In this document: piece after piece, positions 37,712-45,275 of the stretch
How positions within the stretch are numbered: the first letter of the stretch is position 1
Layout: the number at the start of each line of letters is the position of its first letter
DNA from: Eubacteriales bacterium
GTDB lineage: Bacteria > Bacillota > Clostridia > Oscillospirales > CAG-272
Length of the DNA: 61,305 nt
Assembly (NCBI GenBank): GCA_045644125.1
Contig: JAZRGJ010000103.1
Span: 1 to 61,305 of the forward strand
Direction: 5' to 3'
The notes under the pieces: generated by a model
Databases searched by the model: none
What the model saw: only the letters and a program-made list of their open reading frames with translations
Told to the model about the DNA's origin: nothing
Program-made: the position numbers and the translations under genes

Positions 37712-37733
37712 TAAAAAATTTCGAAATTTTTTA
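37712..37733. repeat. 22-nt perfect palindrome TAAAAAATTTCGAAATTTTTTA in the divergent control region
   Basis: Read directly from the sequence; it is self-complementary over all 22 nt. Confidence 0.8.
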
Positions 37734-37829
37734 TACCTCATGAAATTTAGTTGAAATAACATACAAAATATGATATGCTTAAATACAAGGAAAACGCGAG
37801 TTTAAAAAATATTTTTTCAAAAAGCCTTG

Positions 37830-37864
37830 AAAACCCGATTTATCAGATTTTTGTTTGATATAAT
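37830..37864 (+). promoter_or_regulatory. island promoter/operator copy 1 (AAAACCCGAT-N19-TATAAT)
   Basis: AAAACCCGATTTATCAGATTTTTGTTTGATATAAT. The preceding 25 nt (AAAAAATATTTTTTCAAAAAGCC) are also repeated at 41353-41375. Confidence 0.65.
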
Positions 37865-37892
37865 AAGACATCACAAAATGGAGGATAGACAC

Positions 37893-40079
37893 ATGGCAGA
37901 AAAAGACAGCGCAAAAAAAACGAATACGAAAAAAGCAAAAAACGAAAAAGAAAAGGTTAAAACCGATATAAATTCAGCAGCTATTTTAAATGTTCTTGAA
38001 AATTACTCAGGTCAGATAAAAAACGGTAAAATAGTTAAACTTACACTTGTTCAAATACAGCAGTATCTGAAGGAGTTTTTTGATGTTTCAATCAAAAGTA
38101 CAGACACGATTAAAGAAAATATAAGCGATCTTCAGGGGCTGGGCAATAAGTATCGCAATGCTTTTCCCATGATATTTTGCGATGGAAAAGACGAGGAAGA
38201 TGAAAAATCCTTCGAAAAAGATTTTGATGAAGAGTTCGTCTGCGAAGACAACTCAGAAAAAATCAACTCTCACAAAGTTAAGTATTATTGGATGCCGAAG
38301 AAAAACGTTTTGGATTCAGGAGAGTATAAAATCTTAAAAGCTAAAATTGAGTCGGACGTATCATTAAATTCTATTGAAAAGGCGAGCTTGATAAGAAAAA
38401 TTGATAGCATTTCTTCTAATGACTACACTCGTGAGCTGGGTTCTTTTGACCAAAATCCGACTGTTGACGTTGAGTCGCTGGGTAACAAAAACGTTTCAAA
38501 AAAGGTAGATACGATAGGAGAAGCAATAAGAGCAGGTATTAAGATTACGTTCTACAACGGCGCATATGACAAGAGCAAGAGCCTTGAAAAGATAGGTGAT
38601 GTAATTAAATTTTCTCCATATCATATTACGGATAAAAATGGATATGTTTATGTAATTGGATTGAAGGACGGAGAGACGTCCGCAACTTCCTACAGAATCG
38701 ACAAGCTTATAGACTTAAAAAAAGAAAAATCAAATTCCGATAACCGAGATAATTATAAAAATTTGCATCGTTACATAGAGTCGCATCCGTTTATGAGCAA
38801 CGACGAAAAAAATGTCGAAGCAATACTTAAGCTTCGGAAAAATATCACGTATGAACAGGATAATATCGGTGATGTTATTGATGCGTTTGGCTATACTCCT
38901 GTTATAACTGAAGACAAGAATGAGAATGACGAGTGTGAAGGATATACCGTTAAATTAAGCGCGACAGAAGAGGCAATTTATAAATTTGCTCTTTTGCATT
39001 CCGATGTGGTAGAGGTGAAATCTCCCGAAGGGTTGCGTAACCGTTTGCGTAAAATGTCCAAATATTCTTACGATAGTTATCTTTCAACTTATGAAGATTT
39101 CTATGAAGCGGAAATAGATAAAATTAAAGAAGGTGGCTTGGGACATAGCATAAAGAGGGAATTCCATTGTGAAGGCGTTGATCTTTCGAAAAGAACGGAA
39201 TACCATAATATACCTATCCTTCGTCTTTGCCTTGATAATAACAATGTTGAAGATATTTCGTTCGTTCGCAATTATAAAGATCTCTGCTCATTTAGAACAA
39301 GAAAGAATCCCATAGTTGATTATACGCCTTTATGTGATATTGATACAATTCAAGCAATGCAAATTATAGATTCGAAGCTTGAATCGTATGACTTTATAAA
39401 GAATTGCAAAAGTTTAAGAAAACTCACGCTTGATAATAACGAAGTGAAAGACAAATCTGCTTTATATACACCTTTACACCTTGATTATTTGGTTTTGTTT
39501 GATGAAGATGAAATAGATGTAGAGTTGTTTAAAAAAAGCAACCCTTTAACAGAGGTTTTGATTGGCTGGGACAAGTTGGATGATAAAAAATATTTCATTA
39601 ACCCCGTTTATCCGATTAATCGTAAATATACAGTACCACATAATTATCCGTTGAATATTTTTGCGGAATTTGCACCATCTCGCGCAAGAGAAATAATTGG
39701 ACAAAACGTATGCAACGAGGCCGACAAAATCATATCTACAGACTTGGAAATTGGGGCAAAGTTAGAGGCCATTATTGATGATTTTGGCATGAAAGAATCT
39801 AAAATTTTTCGTTCCATAGCTAAAGATGGCAAGACTATTGTTGAAACGGCTAAAGAGAATAACATGCGCATACAGGATGTTATAGACGTATTCGTGAAGT
39901 GTAGGAAGAGTTTTGGTTCAAAGCAAAATAGAGATTTTTTCATTGGTACATATAAAAAATATTATAAACCGCTCTATAAAAAGCCCACGACAACATCTAA
40001 CGCCGGCAATAACAGTAAAAGAGAAGAAAATAAAATTGCCGAATACAAGCTTAAAATTCGTAGAAAAAGATATGACTAA
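37893..40079 (+). CDS. WYL-domain transcriptional regulator (wHTH-WYL-WCX) fused to a C-terminal leucine-rich-repeat region
   Basis: The start is at the ATG at 37893 behind GGAGG. Features in order: a Lys-rich N-terminus; a wHTH-like segment ILNVLENYSGQ...LTLVQIQQYLKEFFDVSIKSTDTIKENISDL; a WYL-like core GYVYVIGLKDGETSATSYRIDKLIDL; a WCX-like segment VVEVKSPEGLRNRLRKM; then LRR-like repeats LRLCLDNNNVEDISFVRNYKDL..., LRKLTLDNNEVKDKSAL. Confidence 0.6.
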   Translation: MAEKDSAKKTNTKKAKNEKEKVKTDINSAAILNVLENYSGQIKNGKIVKLTLVQIQQYLKEFFDVSIKSTDTIKENISDLQGLGNKYRNAFPMIFCDGKDEEDEKSFEKDFDEEFVCEDNSEKINSHKVKYYWMPKKNVLDSGEYKILKAKIESDVSLNSIEKASLIRKIDSISSNDYTRELGSFDQNPTVDVESLGNKNVSKKVDTIGEAIRAGIKITFYNGAYDKSKSLEKIGDVIKFSPYHITDKNGYVYVIGLKDGETSATSYRIDKLIDLKKEKSNSDNRDNYKNLHRYIESHPFMSNDEKNVEAILKLRKNITYEQDNIGDVIDAFGYTPVITEDKNENDECEGYTVKLSATEEAIYKFALLHSDVVEVKSPEGLRNRLRKMSKYSYDSYLSTYEDFYEAEIDKIKEGGLGHSIKREFHCEGVDLSKRTEYHNIPILRLCLDNNNVEDISFVRNYKDLCSFRTRKNPIVDYTPLCDIDTIQAMQIIDSKLESYDFIKNCKSLRKLTLDNNEVKDKSALYTPLHLDYLVLFDEDEIDVELFKKSNPLTEVLIGWDKLDDKKYFINPVYPINRKYTVPHNYPLNIFAEFAPSRAREIIGQNVCNEADKIISTDLEIGAKLEAIIDDFGMKESKIFRSIAKDGKTIVETAKENNMRIQDVIDVFVKCRKSFGSKQNRDFFIGTYKKYYKPLYKKPTTTSNAGNNSKREENKIAEYKLKIRRKRYD

Positions 40080-40095
40080 GGAGAAGTGTGCTTAA

Positions 40096-41274
40096 GTGGA
40101 AAATAAGGATGGCTTTTATTATCACGTAAATGAAATAAACAAGCGCAATGACAGAAGCGGAAATGCGGCAATATATAATGCTTGCAAAAACAAGGGAAAA
40201 AACGTGTTTAATACTGCTGATGCGGAATTCCTGGAGGGAATGTTGTGGCTTATTGGCAGGTCATACGCAGCATCACCGCAAAGGCGATCATACGGTGTTA
40301 GCAGCAAAATGAAAGATGATGAACAGGGGAAAAAACGCGCGGTATGGCCTGTAAAAACCGAAAATTCAGGTAACGGAGATTTTTTTGCAGAAATTGCCGA
40401 TTACATTGTAAAACCTAAGGGAAAATCAAGAGAAGATTTAGCAAAGCTTAAAGACTGCTTGGAAAAATTGTCTTCGTATGAAAAACAACCGTATAATTTT
40501 GATTTTTCAAAAAATTCAGCAAATTGCGAAGATTTGCAACGGTTAATTTGTGTTGTTCAGAGCGTAAGCTTGTTTAACAGATTAATTAAAAGAGCCAGCG
40601 AACGCTTTGACTGCGTTCCGGGTGACAATATACATAAAATTGCCCCGAAGCACTCTAAGTCGGGAGTGGAAGAGAAGGAATACGTATATTGTAAAAACCA
40701 AATATCTTTTTGCAGCAAGTTTTTGCACTTTTTCTTCCCTAATTCCGTTTTTATAATCGATCAGTTTTCTGAAAAAGGAGCTAAGATAATTTTCCCTAAA
40801 AAAACTTCAAAAAAATACAAGTTTATATCTTCAACATACGTGGATGAATTCGATCCTCCTGAAAATGAGGTGTTTAATTTAAGCGGAACCATTGAAACTT
40901 TTAAAAGAAAACGCCAAGACATAATAAATATCATAAAAAAAATAGAAGAAAATGAAGAAATAAAAAAGGAATTTGAGGCAGATTCAGTAGAAATAGAAAA
41001 TCTTAAAGAAAGCAGTGTTAAGATAGAAAAAGACAGCGAAGATGTATCGACTAGCAGCGATAAAGCAAATGGGAAAGGCTATTCCGAACGGTATTTGATT
41101 CATTGTGTAAATTCGTACGTTCTTTGCTGTTTGTTGAAGGGGGAAATTGAAGCGCCGGTCGTTTCCTTTCCTCGCTTGTCCGATTCCGTTTTTATGCGAA
41201 TCAAAACCAAGAATAAACAAAACGCTTCTGCTAAAGAAAAGAGAAAAAAAATAAAAGAAATTTACGGAATATAG
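40096..41274 (+). CDS. hypothetical protein (392 aa), no recognisable motif
   Basis: A GTG start 9 nt after AAGGAGAAG and 16 nt after the WYL gene stop, so it is in the same operon. It has Lys/Glu-rich low-complexity stretches near the C-terminus. Confidence 0.5.
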   Translation: MENKDGFYYHVNEINKRNDRSGNAAIYNACKNKGKNVFNTADAEFLEGMLWLIGRSYAASPQRRSYGVSSKMKDDEQGKKRAVWPVKTENSGNGDFFAEIADYIVKPKGKSREDLAKLKDCLEKLSSYEKQPYNFDFSKNSANCEDLQRLICVVQSVSLFNRLIKRASERFDCVPGDNIHKIAPKHSKSGVEEKEYVYCKNQISFCSKFLHFFFPNSVFIIDQFSEKGAKIIFPKKTSKKYKFISSTYVDEFDPPENEVFNLSGTIETFKRKRQDIINIIKKIEENEEIKKEFEADSVEIENLKESSVKIEKDSEDVSTSSDKANGKGYSERYLIHCVNSYVLCCLLKGEIEAPVVSFPRLSDSVFMRIKTKNKQNASAKEKRKKIKEIYGI

Positions 41275-41293
41275 TAAATTAACTATAGTTATT

Positions 41294-41326
41294 AAGCGCA
41301 CCGCTTTTGGCGGCGCGCTTTTAATT
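41294..41326 (+). terminator. rho-independent terminator
   Basis: Stem AAGCGCACCGC / GCGGCGCGCTT (one mismatch) with loop TTTT and the trailing T-rich run TTTTAATTTT. Confidence 0.6.
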
Positions 41327-41378
41327 TTACCAAAAGTCTGATTCTTGGCGAGAAAAAATATTTTTTCAAAAAGCCGTG

Positions 41379-41413
41379 AAAACCCGATAAATCGGAAATT
41401 GCAAGCGTATAAT
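41379..41413 (+). promoter_or_regulatory. island promoter/operator copy 2 (AAAACCCGAT-N19-TATAAT)
   Basis: AAAACCCGATAAATCGGAAATTGCAAGCGTATAAT. It contains the perfect inverted repeat CCGAT-AA-ATCGG. Confidence 0.65.
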
Positions 41414-41444
41414 GGAGCCACAAAACAATAAATGGAGGTCAAAA

Positions 41445-42074
41445 ATGACAACAATTCGCAAGTGCCGAATTATACTCGGAACGGGAGAAGATATATTGGC
41501 AAATCTAAAAAAAACAAATCTATTTATCGGAGAAAATTCGTCAGCGGCTATTTATGCGCTGGCAGAAGCTTGTTGCGGAACGCATAATAGCGATTTAAAG
41601 ATGCGTTGTGTGAATTTTGAGTTTGAATATGATGAAAAAACTTACGTAGTGACGGCCGTTAGCGCCAAAGATGGAGCGACAGCTTTAGTAAAATATCCGG
41701 AAGATAATGAGGTTTTTAATGAAAGCGCTTTTTTGGAATTTAATTCTATAAGGGATGCGTTTTCTTATAACAGCAGAAACGTTTTCAAAAATGATAAGAT
41801 TGGCAAAATGGATAATTTATTATCCGATTCAGAAATAAGCATGCTTAATTACAAGGAGTTTGTCAAAGGATTGAAAAAGCGAGGCGAGGATAGACCGATT
41901 TTCATTTCCGGATTTTTCGAAAAAACAGACAAAGAGACGAGGGCTAAAATACTCGACGAATTATCGGCATTAACACCAAAATCCCAAATTTTTATAGCGG
42001 TTAGCAAAGACGTTTTTGGCGAAGAGTTTGAAGGAGAAAAAATATTTTTAGAAAAAATTTGGGATGTGGTATGA
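41445..42074 (+). CDS. hypothetical protein (209 aa); possibly a degenerate ABC/SMC-type ATPase head
   Basis: The start is at the ATG at 41445 behind GGAGG. NLFIGENSSAAIYALAEA occupies the place of a Walker A segment (NxIxGxNGSGKS) but lacks the GK[ST]. RPIFISGFFEKTD replaces a Walker B/D-loop. The similarity is weak. Confidence 0.45.
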   Translation: MTTIRKCRIILGTGEDILANLKKTNLFIGENSSAAIYALAEACCGTHNSDLKMRCVNFEFEYDEKTYVVTAVSAKDGATALVKYPEDNEVFNESAFLEFNSIRDAFSYNSRNVFKNDKIGKMDNLLSDSEISMLNYKEFVKGLKKRGEDRPIFISGFFEKTDKETRAKILDELSALTPKSQIFIAVSKDVFGEEFEGEKIFLEKIWDVV

Positions 42075-42108
42075 AAACCCGATAAATCGAAAATTAGAAG
42101 CGTATAAT
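42074..42108 (+). promoter_or_regulatory. island promoter/operator copy 3 (AAAACCCGAT-N19-TATAAT)
   Basis: AAAACCCGATAAATCGAAAATTAGAAGCGTATAAT. It starts at the stop codon of the preceding gene. The post -10 sequence (A/G)GAGCCACAAAA is shared with copy 2. Confidence 0.65.
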
Positions 42109-42153
42109 AGAGCCACAAAATAAAAAATGCATTTTTGACAAGGAGATAAAAAA

Positions 42154-42792
42154 ATGATGGATTTTAATAAATTCCCGATTTTATACGAAGAAGGGACAAG
42201 AGAGCTTGTGGAGGAATTTATATTTGATCACTTCGAGAGCTTAGATGACGGAATGATTTGTCATGAGATGGAATCGGAGTACGTACATAGCGATGTCTAT
42301 AATTTCAGCAGCGGATTTGTTGAAGGCTCTCGTTTGTATGTCACGTGCGGAATGGGCGCTCGTTCGCAGAACAGCTTGCGTCCGGGATACGATCATATTG
42401 AGCTTATGATGTTTGGAAGCGAAAATCTCAAGAATGATATTGACGTGATAAATCAGTTGGTAAACTTATCAAAATATCCCTTCCGCAATTCGAGTTGGTT
42501 AGGTCCTTTTCATACCATTAATGTTACAGAAAAAATCAAAGAAAAGTTCGGATTTTCTTACCTGTGGTTTCTCCCGGAGTTTGCAGAGCTTGAAGTGACG
42601 GATGGCTTTGAAACGTACACGGTTAAGTTTTTGCCGCTTGCGCCTCTCTATGAGGATGAAAGAGACGTGTTGGCGCGTATGGACGAATCGAGCGAAGAGC
42701 TTAGAAATAAACTTCTTGAGGCTTTGCAAGAAAACGTCAGTATGTTTCATATAGACGTTTCAAGACTTAGCTTGGCTACCGATCTTTTTTAG
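42154..42792 (+). CDS. SUFU-like (suppressor-of-fused family) domain protein, putative immunity-type protein
   Basis: The pattern YVHSDVY...LYVTCGMGARSQN...HIELMMFGSEN...LSKYPFRNSSWLGPFHTINV matches the bacterial SUFU-like domain layout (vH.D, T.GMS, ELm, W..L..la.yp, gHt). Confidence 0.45.
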   Translation: MMDFNKFPILYEEGTRELVEEFIFDHFESLDDGMICHEMESEYVHSDVYNFSSGFVEGSRLYVTCGMGARSQNSLRPGYDHIELMMFGSENLKNDIDVINQLVNLSKYPFRNSSWLGPFHTINVTEKIKEKFGFSYLWFLPEFAELEVTDGFETYTVKFLPLAPLYEDERDVLARMDESSEELRNKLLEALQENVSMFHIDVSRLSLATDLF

Positions 42793-42833
42793 CGCTGTTA
42801 AAAACTTAAATCTAAAGAGATGGAAGAATCAAT

Positions 42834-43220
42834 ATGTTTTTTGTTATTTATAACCCAAAAGATAAATTGAGAGATGAAATAGATTCCATTTTTAAAACCG
42901 ACGTTTTGCGTTTCTCGGAATATATGCAAAAAGAGCGCAGAAAACCGGAGAACAAGGAACTTTTTATCGCAGGTGAAGGAACTGTTATAACTCGTCTTCT
43001 TGAAAAGGCAGCAACGGACGATGGGCTTTTGAATGAATACAAAGCTATTATGTTTGACGAGGATATTATTGCAAAAATCGATGAGGCAACTGAAATAAAA
43101 CCGTACTTTGCAAAGCTCTTGAATTCATGGATGGTGATATTTTATTGCGCTAAATACGAAAGTACAATTATCCGCCTTAAAGAGACCGAATTGTGTGACG
43201 ATATTTTTGAAATGAATTAA
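42834..43220 (+). CDS. hypothetical protein (128 aa)
   Basis: An ORF with the coding-strand context of the operon. No recognisable motif. Confidence 0.45.
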   Translation: MFFVIYNPKDKLRDEIDSIFKTDVLRFSEYMQKERRKPENKELFIAGEGTVITRLLEKAATDDGLLNEYKAIMFDEDIIAKIDEATEIKPYFAKLLNSWMVIFYCAKYESTIIRLKETELCDDIFEMN

Positions 43221-43237
43221 ATAAAAGGAGACTAAAA

Positions 43238-44494
43238 ATGAGTGCATTTGATAAAATTATAGGTTTTGATTCGATAAAGAACGATTTGCTTGGGATTATA
43301 GACATTATTAAAAATCCCGATATTTATCGCAGCTTAGGAGCTGAAGTTCCTCACGGAGTTATGCTTGAGGGAGATCCCGGAATGGGTAAGACGTTGATGG
43401 CTAAAGCATTTATAGAGGAGTGCGGAATTCCTTCTTTCGTTATAAGAAGATCGAAGTCTTCCGAACATTTCATTGCTGAGATGAACAACGTATTTGAAGA
43501 AGCTTCAAGACATGGTAGGGCTGTGATTTTGCTTGATGACATTGACAAAATGGCTCCGGAAGAAAATAATAGCCAGGAGTATTCGGTGCTTCAGGCGTTA
43601 ATAGACTCCGTTCACGACAAGGAAGTCTTCATTATCGCAACCGCAAATTGTACTCACGACCTTCCTGATAGTCTCAAAAGAGCAGGTAGATTTGACCGTT
43701 GGATAATGGTAAGATCGCCCTCCAGAGCGGATGGGGAGAAGATAGTTAAGTATTACATATCCAAGAAGCCTATTTCCGAGGACGTGAATCTTGAAGACGT
43801 GTGTAAGATGCTTTCGTATCGCTCGTGCGCAGCCATTGATTCCGTAGTAAACCTTGCGGCTATTATGGCAGGGCGCGCTCGTTCTGAAAAAATAATGATG
43901 AATCACTTGGTAAATGCGACATTGACAGAGGCTTACGGATTGATTGATACCTGCGAAGGACTTTCCCACGAAGAAAGAGAAATGGTTGCATATCACGAGG
44001 CGGGCCACGCAGTTATATGCGACATAATAAAGGAAGGCAGCGTCGGCGTTGTAAGCATTTGCTCTAATCAGAGAGCTGACAAGGGTGGATTTATGTTGCG
44101 TTGTGATGAGCTTGAGAGACGTCCGTATGATATTCTCGTAAGCCTTGGCGGTAAAGCCGCATGTGAGATAAAATATGGCAAAGTTGCATCCGGCACAAAG
44201 GGCGATCTCACTAAGGCATGTCATAATATCAATATATCTACAAAGTGTATGGGGGCATACGGAGTTGCTAACATCGGATTTGGTAGTGAATCGGAGTTCC
44301 AAGATCAGAGAAGCGAAATTATAGTGACTGCCGAGCTTGAAAGATATCTCTTTAAGGCTAAAGAAATTCTCGCTGAAAACCGCGAATATCTCGACAAGCT
44401 TGCATCGGCGCTTTACGAGAAAGAAACGCTTCTGAATTCGGAGATTGCAGCAATCCGCGCGACTTGTACGATCAAGCCTGCGGTTGTGGGATAA
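43238..44494 (+). CDS. soluble FtsH-like AAA+ ATPase / M41 zinc metalloprotease lacking the N-terminal membrane anchor
   Basis: Walker A GDPGMGKT, Walker B ILLDDID, second region of homology ATANCTHDLPDSLKRAGRFDR, zinc site HEAGHAV, and downstream LGGKAACEIKYG...SGTKGDLTKA (the FtsH third-ligand region). No TM segment precedes the AAA module. Confidence 0.75.
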   Translation: MSAFDKIIGFDSIKNDLLGIIDIIKNPDIYRSLGAEVPHGVMLEGDPGMGKTLMAKAFIEECGIPSFVIRRSKSSEHFIAEMNNVFEEASRHGRAVILLDDIDKMAPEENNSQEYSVLQALIDSVHDKEVFIIATANCTHDLPDSLKRAGRFDRWIMVRSPSRADGEKIVKYYISKKPISEDVNLEDVCKMLSYRSCAAIDSVVNLAAIMAGRARSEKIMMNHLVNATLTEAYGLIDTCEGLSHEEREMVAYHEAGHAVICDIIKEGSVGVVSICSNQRADKGGFMLRCDELERRPYDILVSLGGKAACEIKYGKVASGTKGDLTKACHNINISTKCMGAYGVANIGFGSESEFQDQRSEIIVTAELERYLFKAKEILAENREYLDKLASALYEKETLLNSEIAAIRATCTIKPAVVG

Positions 44495-44549
44495 TCGACA
44501 TGACGAAAATGGCAACAAAATATGGATTTTAACAAATGTGGGGTGCAGT

Positions 44550-45038
44550 ATGAATATCGAGAGTGAATATACGTTGGATGACGTTCTGGCAATGTTTCCT
44601 ACCGAGCCAAATAGAAAATGCGCTTTGCATCTTTTGCCAAGCGCGCTAGACTTCGTGCGCAAAAGTGATACCGAGTTTGGTACGGCGCAAATGCAAAAAC
44701 ATTTGAAAGCCGGATACGGTCAGACTGCAAAGGTAATAGATGCGCTTATCGCTTTATGCGTAATAGAAATTGCCGAAGAAAAACCTCGCAAATATAAAAG
44801 GCTTTGCGAGAAAAGTGAAATTCAGCACGACGTTTATTATAACGGTCACGTTCACGAGGCAGATAATGAGCTTAAAAGCGGCTGGGATCCTGCGCTTTTC
44901 AGAACCGAAGAGGAGTGTCTTAACTATATAAAAAATACTTATTCGGAGTTTGAAAATCCCGTGTATGTGATAGAAAAAGTTCGCATAGGCGGTGATGTTT
45001 GGGAGATTATCGATCGCCAAGAAATAAAGGATAAATGA
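44550..45038 (+). CDS. FtsK-gamma-like winged-helix domain protein
   Basis: The start is at the ATG at 44550. FGTAQMQKHLKAGYGQTAKVIDALIALCVIE parallels the FtsK gamma consensus S.s.LQR.L.IGY.RAArliD.LE..Giv. Confidence 0.5.
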   Translation: MNIESEYTLDDVLAMFPTEPNRKCALHLLPSALDFVRKSDTEFGTAQMQKHLKAGYGQTAKVIDALIALCVIEIAEEKPRKYKRLCEKSEIQHDVYYNGHVHEADNELKSGWDPALFRTEEECLNYIKNTYSEFENPVYVIEKVRIGGDVWEIIDRQEIKDK

Positions 45039-45275
45039 AAAAAGAGATATTATGAATTGCAGAGTAATAGGAATCGGCGGCGCCGGTAGGAATATATTAA
45101 AAGCTTTGCTTGAATAATCGAAACGGTTTTCAAAAAATGATGCTCCGATGGATCAAGTCCAAATTTATCCCAAACAGTTTGGCATCATATAAACGTAAGG
45201 CGGCGAAGTCTCGAAGCCCGGCGCCTTGCTGATTTGCAATCAAATATCATGGATGACGAGAAATATGACGGATAA

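Noticed and set aside
40984-41454. 156-aa minus-strand ORF spanning the end of the 392-aa gene, its terminator and the next promoter
   Set aside because: It crosses a terminator and a promoter/operator copy. It is Phe/Ile/Leu-rich as expected for the antisense of an AT-rich Lys/Glu-coding region, and it has no RBS.
43598-44662. 354-aa ORF on the minus strand
   Set aside because: It is entirely antisense to the FtsH-like gene, whose + strand product carries unmistakable AAA+ and HEAGH motifs. The minus-strand translation is low-complexity (Cys/Arg/Phe-rich) with no RBS. I treat it as a shadow ORF.
45052-45117. 21-codon ORF MNCRVIGIGGAGRNILKALLE resembling the N-terminal glycine-rich loop of FtsZ/tubulin-like or Rossmann-fold proteins
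   Set aside because: It is too short and the motif too generic (GxGGxG) to assign. It stops after 21 codons in a region that looks like decayed DNA. I note it only as a possible gene remnant.
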